NCBI GenBank assembly: GCA_040954595.2
Contig: CM082579.2
Coordinates: 6,313,625 to 6,377,624 of the forward strand
Origin: Balanoglossus misakiensis
Taxonomy: Eukaryota > Animalia > Hemichordata
Direction: 5' to 3'
Length of the DNA: 64,000 nt
The notes under the pieces are model-generated. The model ran no database searches, was not told the DNA's origin, and saw only the letters and a list, made by a program, of their open reading frames with translations. Below are positions 37,585-53,400 of this stretch, piece by piece. Each line of letters starts with the position of its first letter. The first letter of the stretch is position 1. The position numbers were made by a program, and so were the translations under genes.

Positions 37585-39454
37585 CGTCCACGATTATGAG
37601 GACCAAGGCATTAACCAGGAACATTTGCACATAGGTGGCGCTCATTCTCCAATGTAAGTGATTGTCGATGAGTTACTAAGGCTCATCCTCTGCGATCTTC
37701 TGCCATCTTGTATCCCGGGTTATTAAAATCTCGCTGTCGTCAATTCGTAGGATCAGCGTGTCATCTGGTCAGAACACGACAACACACTTGACAGTTGTAA
37801 CACAGGAAAGCTTTCGAGACTAAACGCTCACTGATGGCATTACGGACGATTAGGCTTTCACGGGAAGTTATTCTTCCCCGTGAATTTTCTGCTACTGCTT
37901 AGGCCTAACCGTGATCTGACGCCGTGTAAACGTCTAACTGGAATAATTATTACGATTTGCGAATACGGAAGTAAAGTGTTGTGTGTGGAGTATCTGGTCT
38001 GTCTTTCTGACTGCCTGTGTCCGTGTTAAAATGTAGGTGTTTTTGACAAATACACAAACAAATGTTGTCGACCAAATTCTATGCCCTGCCTCTCTTTACT
38101 GGCCTACTCGAAGATTTTCTCAAATCAGGGATGGAGACAAGATGTCTTCATTGTCCTCTCATTGAAGAGAAATGACTGCTAATTGTCGGGCGTTGCCATG
38201 ACTTCAAGGTGCTAATTATGAGAATTTTGACACGAGATGATTTGAAAAGGTTGCTAGCTGAGAAGATTGTGTACTCGGTACTTGCAGTTCTTGTCCACGT
38301 TGAAGGTCACCGATCTTATTATACATTAACGGATATTATCTTGCGCCTTGAGTATGTGATACAACTGTGCATGATCCGATGCGCCGCGCGTATATGCCTA
38401 TTCGTTGTAAAACGGGATTTTTACGAGAAACACTCCGCATTACATGACATGTGTTAAATATCAAAGCTGAACTTTTAAAGAATACACGTGTTAAAAGTTC
38501 AGCCCAAAGAAGACAACAATCTCGACGACATACATGTTTAAGGCACCATGAAAAATTAAAGGACAGTTATCACCAGTGGACGACTAAGCTCTTTCATTCT
38601 GCTATTCGCAACAAGTCGATGATTTGGACGTATCTCAAAACCACGTCAAGAAGAAGTTAGAAATGAAAATTCTATTGAGTATTTTTATAACACTGTTATC
38701 CCCGGCTTGCGATAGTTAGGCGGCAAATTTTCTGCTATCATTAGAGCACTGTCTGTATCTTCAACCGAGGATCTATTGGTGACGCGTGAGCTACGTGCGC
38801 ATGACAATCACCAACAGACTCTGAGGTTGACGACACTGTGGAATTGAAGGTCAACACTAATTATTGGAATCTTTTGGAAGATCATTATCGTGGTCAACAC
38901 CAAACTGGGTGTTTTTCTCCTGACAACCGCTGACAGACGCCGTGTCACGCATTTACATGTAACAATTGTCCATGCTGTGCTAACTCTGCCCGTGACACGT
39001 ACGCGAGACTTTTCCAATTGACACGTTGACAAGTCGTGTCGCGTGCGCAAAAATGTGATCACGGCACCGCGCGCGACAAAAGAAAACCATGGCAATCAAA
39101 AAGCATTTTGCGGCCTTATTCTTGACAAAGCTGAAGCGATACAGCAGACAACCGGCGAGGGATCACCGTTCATAATTCTTTAGTAGCCATGGCCTTGTGT
39201 CATCAAGTGCTAAATAATCCGTTTAAAGAAAAAAAAGAAGATTTTTGACTGCGTCACAAATCTCGACTATAAGAAAACCTTAGAATAATCTCAAAGAAGC
39301 TCCCCATCCGGTAAGGTCAGTGGATTAATCTTGTCAGAATGGCGCTACACCTTTCTTCATCAGAAAAAAGCCCGCATGAAACCTTTTAAATGCAATAGAT
39401 TGAAATGACATGCCTTAAAATTTTCATAAGCTATTTCTTGACTTAAATACTAAC

Positions 39455-39602
<148 letters not shown>

Positions 39603-40679
39603 GTAAGATTTGTAAAGCTAGAAGAAAGACCGTGGTCTCTTATACTGAACGGCAGATTTGATCAGAATTAAGGCATTTGAAATAACATCTCAGAACTAGG
39701 CCACAATCTATGCGGTTATTACAAGTGCCAGGAATTTGGCTAAATTGAAATTGTAAAACTGGCTGATGACGATAAAGCAAAAAAGCTTAAACGGGAAACA
39801 ACATAGCTTCACATTGCATGAAGTGGATCTCATAAAAGTTAATGCAAACTCACACTTAATGTGCTTCCCAAAAGGCGAGAAAAGTAATAAAAGTAAACAA
39901 AGGTAAATGTACCTGAAAGGAAATATTACAAGTAATGAAAATGCCGTTATATATGGTATGTAAGAATGTGTGTGTTAGTATAGGTGTCCGCATGCGCACT
40001 TGTGATTATTCATTTTACCAGTTTTGCAGTTGGTAAATGTCACTTATAGAAGAAAAATATATATGTTTCCTTTGCACCACTGTCAGTCAACAAATTTCTT
40101 TTTTCCACAATAACCCTCCATCCACCCCAGTAGAAATTAAATGGTTCTTCCCTTATTACACCAGATACGAGAATATCCATGGCTAGACGCCAGTCTTGGT
40201 CTCGTCAGCCAGATAGCGTATATATAATACAGAGCTTGTGGACCGACGTCATAGATCGGAGACCCTAACCCCCCTTAACAAGCGCGACTAGACAGACTGA
40301 TGGCTGAACACCAGCTGTATATATACTAGTACGAGTTATTATCATCTTGATAATTAACCAACTATAGACCGTTCTGACATGATTTAGATTTTCGTCAGCA
40401 CAGCGTCGCCATCACTACAGATGCAGCCGCCATTTTTTATCATCTCGCGACAAGTGAAACCCGAGTCAATTTACTCCACATTAATTTTATGGGCAATAAT
40501 CACGGTAAATAAGTTGCGGTTACTGAATTAGATCGCTCTACGTGACGCTGGGACCTCTTCAAGGCGGGCTGTGTTGACCATTATACCGTCTGGAGCATCT
40601 ACTGTTCAAAAATGCGAACACGTTGATAATCGATGAGAACGTGAGAAACAGTTAGCGGGCTGCTCACGATCTCCAGCCG

Positions 40680-40930
40680 TTAGGGTAGTGCGCGCGCACC
40701 TCGGGGACAGATTTTCAGAAAAATTATAATCCTCCAAGCCTTTTGAATTCTGTGCTGTGGCTATATTAAATGTGTGAGGAACCCTATTTTGAAAACAAAG
40801 AAAACAACTGGGTGTTTACCGCCTTAATTTCATAAAAAATCTCTACTTGAAAATTTCTCCATAGACTTAACATAGAGATTGGCGGCCATTTTGAATTTTG
40901 AATTTGAGACAATTTTGCTGTCGTATTGTG
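40680..40930. mobile_element. Decayed interspersed repeat, partial copy related to 61062-61417
   Basis: Shares CCTCGGGG(G)ACAGATTTTCAGAAA, TGTGTGAGGA and TCTCCATAGAsTTAACA...TGGCGGCCATTT with the 61 kb copy, in the same order. Right boundary approximate. Confidence 0.6.
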
Positions 40931-41395
40931 GGTGTTACATGTATTTTCAGTGCTTGAGTATTTAAATAACAACATTCCCTGTTATGCATGCATCACATGT
41001 GTTCTCCCATTAGGAAATAAATCAGTATGTAATTAACAGTATGATATATTGAGTAATAAAAGTCGCTGAAGAGGTAATAAACGCATTAGAACAAAGTTCC
41101 AGGTGTCTGCTTTAATTCTTTTTTTTTAACTTAAGAAGGTGATTACGTGCACCATTCCCCCCCCCCCAAAAAAAAAATTCTCCTATCAGTGCTTGAAAAA
41201 TCTAATTTTGAATGACCTTAATAAAATCACATTATGGCAAATTCGATTGGCATAAGTAATAACATTAGCGAACTAAAGAGTTAATAGTGTGTTCGTTTTG
41301 GGTTTTCTGAAAATGTTAGACGTAAACCAAGCAGTAAGCGTATTAGCATAACAATGAGTCTCCCGTGGATATGTTAATATTTTAGAGACTGAGGG

Positions 41396-41447
41396 TTTTA
41401 GATGGTAGATCAAATTTGAACTTTTAGATGGTAGATCAAATTTGAAC
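41396..41447. repeat. Perfect 26-bp tandem duplication
   Basis: TTTTAGATGGTAGATCAAATTTGAAC twice. Confidence 0.95.
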
Positions 41448-44400
41448 TAAGGCGTGTTTCCTGGAGTACGTGTTAGTATGAGACGAGCCAACTAGTGGGA
41501 CATTTATACAAAAATCCACGGTTATTAAACTGGGCATGGCACAAATATGGAATATCACGTGACATATTGGCCGAGTTGTTCTCCTTCGGTAGAAATTACT
41601 TTTTTTTTTGCTTTTGAAGATTTGTGGGGTTGTTTCCTGTCGCAATCACGACTGAGCTGTATTCGTTCACTGAACTGAAAAAAGGTGCGAACAGAAAAAA
41701 AATGAAATCAGACTTAATATAACTTGCATGTACTAAGGCGGTCCATTGAGCTGATGTAGAGACGGCAATATAGCGTGTCGTTAGACAATATTGTGACACG
41801 CTCCATGAGAGCGGTTGATTACATTCAAGTGCAAATAGATCTGATTCTCATTTATGACTGGAATTTCTTTTAAAAGTAATAGATTGCATGGCATGCCTGC
41901 GACCGTTCGTGGCTGTTACAATGCCATGGAAAGAAAATATGCAAAAAAACACCCTTTATCTCCCTTTAAAAAAACAACTCTGCCTTCTTCTAATTCTTGT
42001 TCGTCATTCGTTTGTACTAAAGCATAGATAATTTGGATATCGTTTTCTTGTTACTGTGCACGTCCTTCCTGAAGGCGGATAATGAAGTGGATTTCTTGGT
42101 TTGGGCGTGTATGTGCTTCAATAAGGCGATGAAAATACCATGCGCAAAAATCATACAGTACATGCACACGCGAGAAACAAGACCACGTCCTTATAGACTG
42201 ACCTCCGCAAGCAGGAATGGTTCAAATCCTAGGTTTTCTTTATCTGGCAGTTTAATTTTTAGACGGTTGAAACCGCCGAAACTGGGTTGGGCGAATACGG
42301 TCAAACACGTCATCGATTCGTGTAGCTGTTGACACCACTCTCACGCTGATATCATGTGTCGCACATCGAATGCAGCTTTTACTCTCGCATGGGATTCCCT
42401 CGTTATACCTGCTGATAAATCTATGCGATCATTATCTCTACGTCTATGTCTGTATTAACGATTTAAACGATAAACCATCGCCCTTACGCGGGAACATCCA
42501 CATCTAATCACGTGACCTACTAACCCCCATCTTGTTATCTTGTGGTCGGTTAATATCAGACAATCAAATAGACGCCTTGGTGGTTGTTTTCTTGCGTTGT
42601 CCCCCGTAAAAGGGCCAATCATGCCTTGACCAGTACACCTTCGTCTGTGATTATTTTACCTTGAAGGCCAAAATTTCTTCAACATTAAAACGCGAATTTA
42701 TGTCTTTAACATATTTAGAAATTTGAATGCTTGCTAAAGTGATAAAACAAATCCAGGCAAGCAGCAACCAGAAATAATGGGTTACAAGAGAACTTCTGCT
42801 TGTCTGAGCACAACGTATCAGATATCTGGCAGATTTGCCCAAGCAGACCGCGATTACTATATGAAACCGTTTGAGGGCGATATTCACGTCTGGCGGATTC
42901 CAGGATGACGTCCCGGCATTCCATCACGTTCACTTTCCGATATGATTCACCCCCCCCCCCCCCCCCCCTCTCAGCCGATAATGAATGAAATGCAGTATCC
43001 GGCTCACCTTTCCTGACAGTAATATGCTCTGATGGTAATCAAATTCTAAGAGCCATATACATGTACTGTTGTGTACACGCTACCACGAAGACGGTTTGAA
43101 ATCCCTCCACGAGAATAAATCCAGATTCGATATCACGACAACTGAGCTAATCAGCCTCGATCGTAATGTGTTTCGATCGAACGTGCGGATAAAATGAGGA
43201 TATACTTCATTGTCAGATTCGGGAGTTATCATGCCATTTGTTTTCTTCCGATTGTCCCCCCTCAAATAAAACATAAAGGCGCGAAGAAAATAATTTAGTC
43301 ATATCAGCTGTTTATTCCCAGACTCAGATAATTAAGATGCGGATTGTATTACTGTAGGCCTGGTTCATATGTTTCAAACAAAATCACATTGTTGCGCGAA
43401 AGTTTTTTTGTTCCTGGGAATTTATTTCGTCGAACGTCGAAACGGAGGAACCAGGAGTAACGATGTAGACTTATAAGAAAGTGGAGATACAGCACAGACG
43501 TACGTGTTGAAGACGACAATGCCGCCATACACTCGCTTTCTTTCAAAGGGATGGCAATTTAGCAAAAGTGGGCCCGCCCCGCAGCTCTGCTTATATTCAC
43601 TGTAACTCTGCGCAAATTAAGCGAAAAAAGGCGGTGCTCCGTGACACCTCAGACTACGACGGGCGATGTCTGCTACACATTTGATTCAGCACTTCTTGAA
43701 GGACGTGGTGCCGTAAATAAAACAGATAAACACCACTCGTCGGAATGATTACCAATTACACACAGACTGCCTTTGTTTGAAATAACCACCTTCCCCCCGA
43801 AACCCACGACGACGCAAATAAGGTACAAGAACAAAGAAAATCTTAACTCCGCGTGTATTATTTTTCTTCAAAACCTTGATAGATGTGTGCCTGCCATTTA
43901 CAAAACGGGATTCCTTAGAAATCGCTGCAAGCGACACAAAGCAAGAATGCTCCCCAGAGCGTTTCTTACCAAGGCTTTTCATGGCAACATGCTTCATTTT
44001 ATTTGCTGCACTCCAAAGCAACTTTCAATTGATAAACCATTTCTTTAGGTTCAGCGTCTGTCGTGTAAAAACACCCATAAAGACGTTCTTCCCCGGCAGC
44101 ACGTTGCCATGGTAATACTTCATCACGATTTGATTCTCATTTATGTCGAAAACGTTCGCATGTACTTTTGTTAATGTTAAAAGCACGCCAATGTCGGAGT
44201 GGTAGAAACGTGAGATGCAAATCATTCACCACAGCTACCAGGTACGGCTTCAAATAATAGTTTAACTGAAAAAAACTCTTGGCGTCTGGAATGATTTTCA
44301 ATGTGATTACATGTACCTAAAACACATGGTAAAGATATGTTGGGTGCATATTAATTAAGTTTAATATCAAATATTTTTTCGCAAAGACGTACTGCTGACA

Positions 44401-47400
44401 GACAGACAGACAGATAGAGTTTTTCTCCCGCTGACTGTAGTGGTAAAAGTTATTAGCCTATAAAGAGCTGGCTGGTATACATCTCTTCGGGAGTTAGAGC
44501 ACAGTTTGACAGCTGTTTCGTCTGGTTCCGTGCATGCATGGTGCCCCAGTGTTCATTTGTTGTCGTCACGAAACATTTTGATCCTTATGAACTTTCATTT
44601 ATTAATGCAGAGCAAGATGAGACGACTGGCTTAGCTTTGTATCGCTTTTTTCTTTCCAGGCTAATCCCAACATTCCCTTTGTACGGTCCATGTTTCAATT
44701 TATAACTTTCTGACAAAAAGTATTCTATTCAGAGAAAAAAGGTAAAAAAAGATGGATCTCATTACGTCCAACAATGTCCTATGAATGGGGTTTCGTGAAT
44801 GGTTTATCAAGTTGATGTAAATTGCCAAACGTGTTCACATAATGAATACACACGGGCACTACAATGACGGGGAAACGAAGAGAAATGGTTGAAACATGCG
44901 CTTCCATGGAGCCTTTCCTCGCGCTCGCTTATTATATACATATGCCACTATTCTAACCAGACCCTAGCCATAACATATAAGCATATATCATTCCTTATAA
45001 AAAAGATAAATTTGTTTCTCTCCTAATTTCTCTCCTAGCCCGTTTCTTTTCACGTTCATTGTCAGTGGATCAGGAGACGAATCAACACATAAAAGAACCA
45101 GGTTGTAATAACTCTACAAATGAGAACACGTGCTCCCATTTAACAGTGAATTCATCCTCGTCGCATTACAAGCCGATTTCGTCGCGATTATCTTCATCTC
45201 TCCCCACTTTCAATTGATTGCGCGGCGAAACAAGCGATGTAAAATTGCCCCCTCTTTTCACCGTCGACAGGAGCTTAAAATATGCAAATTACAAAAAAGT
45301 ACAGTACCACTGTACATGTACTTCAGCGGAGAGGGCTAGCCTGTATTGAGACTGAAATACAGGTCTTTTCGTATTTGGACCCGGCACACGCGTAAATACA
45401 CGCGTCGTGCGTTATTGCATGTTTGATTGTGGTGAGCACGCGTGCGCATAACAATCGGAAAGCCGCCACCGCCAAGGTCACGCCAAACGTCTGTAAACCG
45501 CAGACCTTCAGGCAAGTGTAGACAAACCAGGTCTTTGCAACGATTTCGTAATGTTATTATAGATAAGCAATGCGGCTTTCCGTATGGCACACCAAATCGA
45601 ATGTTGATGGGCCAAGGCACCTCGTTAGATGGGATTCGCATTCGCTATATTGAGATGATGCCAACATCCATTCAAGCGAAGATTTTATTTATTATGCTAT
45701 GTCAACATGGATTTAAGTTTGTTTTATATTCCCCTCATAACCCATATTTCAATAAACATGAGTAAAATGTAAGAGTCGTTTTTTTATCGGGATTAGAAGA
45801 TTGATACGCAGCAGACAGATGCTATGAATAAAAAGACGAAGATCGAGAGACGAATAAACGGTAAAGGTCACATCGCCGATGTTTATATCCGTTGGGATCT
45901 TGAAATATCATTGAAGATCCTATCTATACCAACTTTACAAAAGTTCTCAAAGTAAAGCAGCCTCGGCGCGGATATTACCTGTGGCTGTGAACGCACCAAG
46001 AGACAAAGACGTGTAAGCCTTACTGGACTAAAGCTTAGCCTAAGCCCAATTGTTGTATACATGTACGTTATCGCTAACAGCAGTTACCAGTAGCCTATCT
46101 CCCGCTTTAGGCTATGCTAATCAACATATTTCTCATATCCTTTCAACGTTTCCATCAGTGGACAGATCAAAGAATTGGAATGGCTATAATAGCGCAGTGT
46201 TGTTGTTACCGCGAATTACACTATGCCCAGGTATAAGCCGACTGCGAACCCCAAATCACGCACCCATGGTAACATCCAAATCACACATCAACATCCCCAT
46301 TCAAAACGACACTGCGGAGGATAACGCTGTCACGTGACTTTATCTTCCCCCAAAGCTGCAGATATACAGCACCGCCGTGACAAATCGAAATTTTAGATCA
46401 TTACGGGTTATGCATCGCTGCACCGGATGAGATCAAACTAACCACTTTATAATGATTTTGATCACTTCAGATACCCGAAGTTTATCGGTATCGTTTTAAA
46501 CCACCGTTTCTGGAGAGCGAGAGAGAGAGAAAAAATAATGTCTTTGTAGCGGAGGTTTAGAAATTTTCCTCCCAACACTCACACCGTTGCTTTGTAATGA
46601 GAAACGCGCGCCGAACCGGAGTGAAGAAAAAGAAAAACAGATTGGCTAGAGAAATTCGACACCAAATTAGCGACTTGTGTCTGATGCATCTCCTGTAAGC
46701 CGCCGATAAAGTTTCAATCCCCGCGAAACCATACACGACCAGGTGTATGCAATGCCAACCAAACGAGCTCGCCCGCGCTGACCTTTGCTTCGTGCAAATC
46801 CCCCTATGCATAATTGAACGGGTCTCCCAAATAGAGAAGAAAAACTACATAAATCAACAACATAACATTTGGGAAATGTCCAAATCATCGAAAACTTTCA
46901 CCCCAATCACCTACACGGGAGGCACTTAAACGCCTCGGATTTCTAGCCACAAAAGAGTGCAATTATTCAATTAGCAGCTATTCAACAAGCGCCCGGAAAT
47001 GCGTGACATTAACATCACCATTTGATGTATTTTTTCCGATATTGGAGGCCGCTGTATTCCTCTAAGAAATAGAACAAGGCCGTTCCATAATTACCCATGA
47101 TGTTTTTTTGAGTGCTTCAATGGATGTACCTTAAATGGGGGGAAAAATAAATGATCAAGATTGAGTCCCGATTAAGTTTTATACGACGTACTTTAAGACA
47201 GCGCGCGACGACGACCCTTTAATTGTTTTTTTACTATAATTTATTGATCGTGATATTTCTCGGTAATTTGGTACCAACAATGTGCTATTTACCAAAAACA
47301 GACGATGTATGCACGTCCGGTTTTAACTATATGCAATGATTCGTGCAATACATGTCTAACGACATTCCTTGTTTCATTATTTCGTCGGTAAGCATTTTCT

Positions 47401-50400
47401 TTACAAATGTTGTCATTATTGACTTTTATGCGAGGTTGCAGTATATTAAATTGTTTTAGGTGAATAGCACACATTTAAAGCTCCTCAAAATTCTCGAAGA
47501 AAACGGCAAAGATTCCAATTTAAGTCGTTTCGATCTGTGGGGCACACGTCACTGGTCTGATTGATATGATTGGCGCACACAATTCCATGGAGGAAGCACA
47601 CTAAACATGAAATGCATAAGTCGGATTATTTCTGATCAAATTTGCAAATTATTCATGGGTAGGATATATGTATAAGCTAAACCCAGGGACATCATAATTC
47701 AAAAATTCGACTAAAGTTCACTCAATGTTGCAAATAATTCAGAACATACAAAAATTGCAGGCAAATGCCGCAAATTATTAATGACTTTCAATTGATAATT
47801 CTTCTACAGTATTATCAATTAAATATGCGTCTTGAAGTGGCAAGTTATATCCAATACAAGATTAATGATCGTCCTTTGCAAACGATTCAGGTTTTAAAAT
47901 ATTATCAAAGGCGGCTTTTTTTTCGTGGCTGATGGGGGACCGTGTGTGAACTACTAATTGAATACATAGTCTATTGTCAGACCGATGCGCAAATTGCGAA
48001 TTACTCACAGGTCGTTCAGCTAATGCACTTCCAGTTTGATCATCACGGCACTATGTTATAAATTTGGCCCACAAGATTCTCCTTTTGTGTTATTTACCGT
48101 TCCGACTGTTGCTTTCTGCCGGGCATTGATCCCCCAATTTTCGTCTCCTTGTTCAAAATCACGCAGTGGCAAACGTGGCGTGCTAACACAGCCCCGACCG
48201 AGGTCACTAAACAAGATCCCGCGGCGGCTACATTATTCTTCGACATGATTTCAGTCTTATCAAAGTGGTGCTAAAGTGATGTGGTTTCTTGTATTGTTCT
48301 GCTTTCAATCCGGAAAGGTGACCACGTCTTTTAACAAAATTGGCGTATACATGAACTTGATTAGCATAATTATTTTAATAAACACCACAGCAATTTTGTC
48401 ACATTTGCTGCTCTGCAGCAGGTGCCGGCATTTCCGCGTGTTATTGATGGCAGTGATTATTTTAGGAAATGGTCTGCAACGAGGTTGCTGACCTGCATGA
48501 GAGTGAGTGGGATTTTCACACGTCAAATCCGCGCACGCGTAAATGGATTTAAATTTATATTCTTCAGTGTTATACAAAGACACTGTAAAATACTAAATAA
48601 ACGTGACCAAGTCTATGGCTTACATGTATTATACCTCATGCGCTAAGTTTTAAAATTATTCGGGTATGTCTGTATAGGCACATATGGTGCAGTGCATAAC
48701 ATATAACGTCCATGCATGTGGCGGCCATTTTGGATCATATCGCAACATAATAGACGTGCATATGTATGACATGTACATTGACTTGTATTAAACAAATTTA
48801 TACAAAATCGATTCAACATCTCTCAGTAATGTCATCACATATAGGACACGAGAAAACGCCTTGACAAAATGGCTGCCTGACAACGTGTGACAACGTGGAA
48901 CAAGTGTAGTGTTCACAATAAGGAAATGAACCACATAAATCTATTGCAGATAGGGCCTACTATTAAATCACAGTCAAACAGAGGTTTCGGTGTAAGATAC
49001 ATGTAGCTTGGTACATATGCTTAACGCCAGTAGTTGGGCGATCATCAGCGCGCTGCGATGACTAAACCTCTCTGGAAAGTCCCTGCCTTGCAACATACCG
49101 ACTTCCGTGAGAAACGAATGACAAACTGGCGAACGTAAGTGTTTTGCAATGTATAGTCAAGCAGTTCCCGCTGTGTTTACACGTAACATGCTATGCATAC
49201 ACCTTTTAGTTCCCGAGAGAGTCTGGTCAATTCGCTGTGTTTACGTAACACAGATTGTTGCGCAGAAAAAGCACTCTGCCACTTCTGCTCCTCATACATT
49301 GCTCTGTCAAAGTGTGAATCATGTGTGCCAAAATGGAAAATGTTTCCGCAATTTTCAATGCACTATCTGTACAACAAATCGCAATGGGTAGACACATAGA
49401 TACACATGTACAGGCACAGATAAATATAGATACTACATGTGCATACATAAGACAGATAAGAAACGTTTGGCAAAATCGCACACAGAAATCACACCCGACG
49501 TTTAAATTGATCTTTTTGGTCGAATGGTTCGCGTAATTGCTTACTACGCGAATTGGTACATTAGATCCGAATTCGAATCCCGTAAAATACAAGTTCATTA
49601 TAAATTTGAAAGCGAAGGGAAGCCCTGTTCCCATAAGTCTCACTGAGTTAAAAACTATGACCCCTTCCTTTAGACGTCCACTTTGTGTTTTATTTGTGCC
49701 ACGTCGATATCTGATTCAATAAAATGGGTGTTTAATTTAAACCCCTGACATATCATTTAAGCATACATTATTTCTTGCGTTGATGAAGTGGAGAGATTGT
49801 ATGAACTTAATTATATGTGATAGCATAACGAACCACAGACCTTTAAGTCGAGTACACAGTGTAAAAGTTATTTAATTATTAAGCACTTTGTGCCATTTAT
49901 CCAGGCTTTTCGCTTAACTGGGGATAAAATCTTGGCTTTCTTCATTATATTTTAACGTGTGTCACCCATGTTGTTTTTCTTCCCTCAGCCTCTCAGACTC
50001 CAGTCTACGTCACGAAGACGTGGTCGAGCAGATCGCGATAATGAGTGTTTTTGAACATGTCCAATTTAAATCGAACGATGAAACGGATCAGAGGTGAAGG
50101 TCAAAGGGTTGACTAGCGAAGACCTCAACTACGTTTCACCTTGTTCCACAATTAAAGTTTAATGCTCGAAACGTACATGAGTTTATGCTGCCCCAATTTC
50201 CCTATACTGGCATGCCTAAACATTTCACGTGCACAACCGCCATCCCTTGACGACAGGTCAATTTAGTAACGCTATTACATTAAACAAAGTTAAGGGTGCA
50301 ATCAAATCAGTTCTTTACTGCTTTTTTGTGCAATACTGAATGTTCATGGTCATATCGCATTCCTTTATACTTGTAGTCTAAGTTCATTTCGCTTTGTATT

Positions 50401-53400
50401 TGTGCGGCCAGATCATTTCTAAGGCCAACCGCGAATTACACGCACTGGCGTAGTGAGTTACAACATTTCTTGGGGAAAAAGGGAGCCCGCTGAGAGATAT
50501 AAGCACCTGATGTCTGTCAGTTCGGTATATCCAGACATATTACATGTAAAACAATGAACCTGCAAGCCCAGTAGATACTTTTTCTTTGCGACAAAACTCA
50601 TGGAAGTATACCTGAATTCAATGATGTCACAGTGTAACTTCATTTGTCGATTGTACAACGAACATATAAATTTTCATTACACGCGAGCGGTCATTCCACG
50701 TTTCACGACTGCGTGTATTTTTAACTTTCAGCCGGAGGAAACAAGTACTGAAATATATTTTATCATTACTGGATGATATGTCTTTCTCACGACTAGGAGG
50801 AATATATTGACATTTAAAATGTTTAGATCGCTGGCGATATTGACAACGTGAACACCCTTCACAGGATTATTCCATTTTTTGCTGTGGCAACTATCTCTCG
50901 TATGAACCGTTATGATTCTCGTTGCGTCTTGCACGCTGCATACATTCAAATCACTAAATAAAGACCGAAATTGAAACGTGATTATTTTACATCTCGCGCC
51001 GTTCATTATATTCCATAACATCTCGCGCGAGATAGTGTCTATAGATGATGTTCACATAACATTTCAAACCAGTCATTAGCGTCTTGTCGTGTTAGAATCA
51101 TTGTGTGGCACAAAATTGCCGTCGTACATTTTAGTGAAATACTATTATCTTTTGCCCATTTTATCTGATTACTTATTACCCTTCTCTGACCTACCGCGTG
51201 TTGAGCCGTTGATTTGTCAGTGCATAATAAATATGAAAGCGATGAGTTGACTCCTCGCTTTAATTCACTGCCGAGATGATAGAGTGTCACTCGTCAAGAG
51301 AAGAAAAGGAGGATTTGAGGTTAATTTATACATGAAGTACATGTATCTAGAAAGAAGAGGGCATCTTTCTGTCATTGCAGTTAAGCCTATACAAATTTTA
51401 TATTTATGTTATATAATATTATATATTTTTTCAAGGCTGGCTATATTGTACTAATAGGCGTGCATCGCAAAGAGACACGTATTTGTTTTCTGAATAGAAA
51501 TCGTAGACTAGTCTATACTTGAATTTATTTGAAGAGCTTTCAATCCGCGTAAACTAACTCCTTTGTTAGATTTTCTATACATAATTTTTTTTCTTTTTAT
51601 CCAGCATTAAAAAATCATGACAAATTATAAAACGTATTGATATTGTCACAATATCCTTCCCGAAAATAATTATCCTCTTAATACTAGTGACAAATTCACT
51701 AACTCGTCATTTAACAAGCTTTCAAGTAACACGATGCGGTGGTATCGCGGTCATAAATCCTGAAAAAAATAGAAGAGGTCACCGACATTTATGGGTCATA
51801 AATGATTAAACTGTTCTCAAGAAACGACCCCCGCAGTTGGTCGGGTGCACTTAATTTCTTATGAAGGTAAACGTCCGATATTGACATTTTCCCTAACAGT
51901 AAAACAGGGATAATTAACGAGGCTCGCATCGATGCTGCTGCTGCTGCAAAACCAAATGCCTGATACATTATTGTAGATTGAACGTTTTTTCCTCCAAAAT
52001 CTCGCGCACCATCTCCAGCATTGCAAATAAACACACCGTCGCCTTCTCTGCGTATTATCACAATCGACATCAACAATAACGGATTATCAACAATGGATTA
52101 TCTGATAAAAAATATGAGAATCCGAAATCAAAAACTAAAAATCGCACTACAAGCGTCTTTTTCTTGATAAGCCCAAAAATCAGAAGTGACAGATAAGCGA
52201 ACTGGGTTTTATGATTAATAGAATAATGTTGCTGTGCGCTATATCATATTTCATGTTGCACATATCCGATTTAATATTCATATACCTTGCGAGCATAGAC
52301 AGAAGACGCCGCTGCGAGTTTAAGTTACCGCGGTAAATTCTAACATCTTTAGGCACCGTATGGGGGCAGTGATCTCTTTCATTTTCAGCATGTGCTGTGT
52401 ATGGTACAGGGCAAAACTCGGTACTGCCCGACAAGGGATATAATATAACCCAACATAATAATAAAACACAACACGAATCCGTTTAGCATTGTCTCTATAC
52501 ACACGCGATACACTAGTATATCCAATGGTTTTATTCGTGGTCGCCTACACCTCACAAGACTATGATCGTCGGCGACTTGATAGCCGGTTTTGTTCATAAC
52601 CCAGCCGTGTCAAAGTAACCAGGTATTAATTTATGAATAGATAAGCCACCCAGACGAAAGCGAGGCTAAGCACTCGAGTGGTGTATCCGACAAGATAGCC
52701 GCAAAAAAAATCAATGTCGATTCGTGTGTGCGGCGCTCTGAGGTTGGGGAAAATCAATAGACAAGAATTGGTAAATCTGTCTGATACGGTGCCGGTGTCA
52801 GACACGGCTGCTATACTGCATGTGCTGGGTGTCTTGTCCTTCTCACAGCCGCACACGTATTTTACACTCAAGAAAACGAAGGCTATGAACATGTATGTAT
52901 TAGGCGTCTTTTGGAAAGACAAAAGATGTTGGCTTCTTTCGACTGATCGCAAATTAATTGTTGACTTCTGCGAACGACAGAACTGGCCAGATGGCGAGCT
53001 GTCGCAACCCAGGCGATAAAATTTAAGTGGTCGTCTCACAGTCACTTATACGAGGTATACACTTGGAACTACTATAAACCACGCTCAAGTTGTTCTCCGA
53101 AGAGCCAACAAACCCCCAGCTCGCTCGGCAGTCAAGATCTGGTTAATGTCTTATATACAGACTGGCGTTGTGCGCATTGCACGAACTGTTAGCATGATCA
53201 CAAAGCACAGGTGAATGCACGATTTGCGAGTCAGAAAAATATATCAAAGAGCGCGATCCACGCCGAGACGTTAAATTTAGGCAGCCTCAGATGGGTCGCC
53301 TGTGATCAAACTCACCTAAAAGTTGAGGTCTTCAACGTACGCTTTGGAGCAGGCGATCACAGGCTTGTCGGATAGTGCCGGACTAAGTAGCGTGTGAGCG

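Noticed and set aside
48600-48900. Possible relic of another HINE-like repeat
   Set aside because: Only short motifs (GGCGGCCATTTTGGA, AAAATGGCTGCC) resemble the nest; no termini or second copy to define it.
52626-53045. Overlapping 101-139 aa ORFs
   Set aside because: No recognisable domain or convincing splice signals; lengths are compatible with chance.
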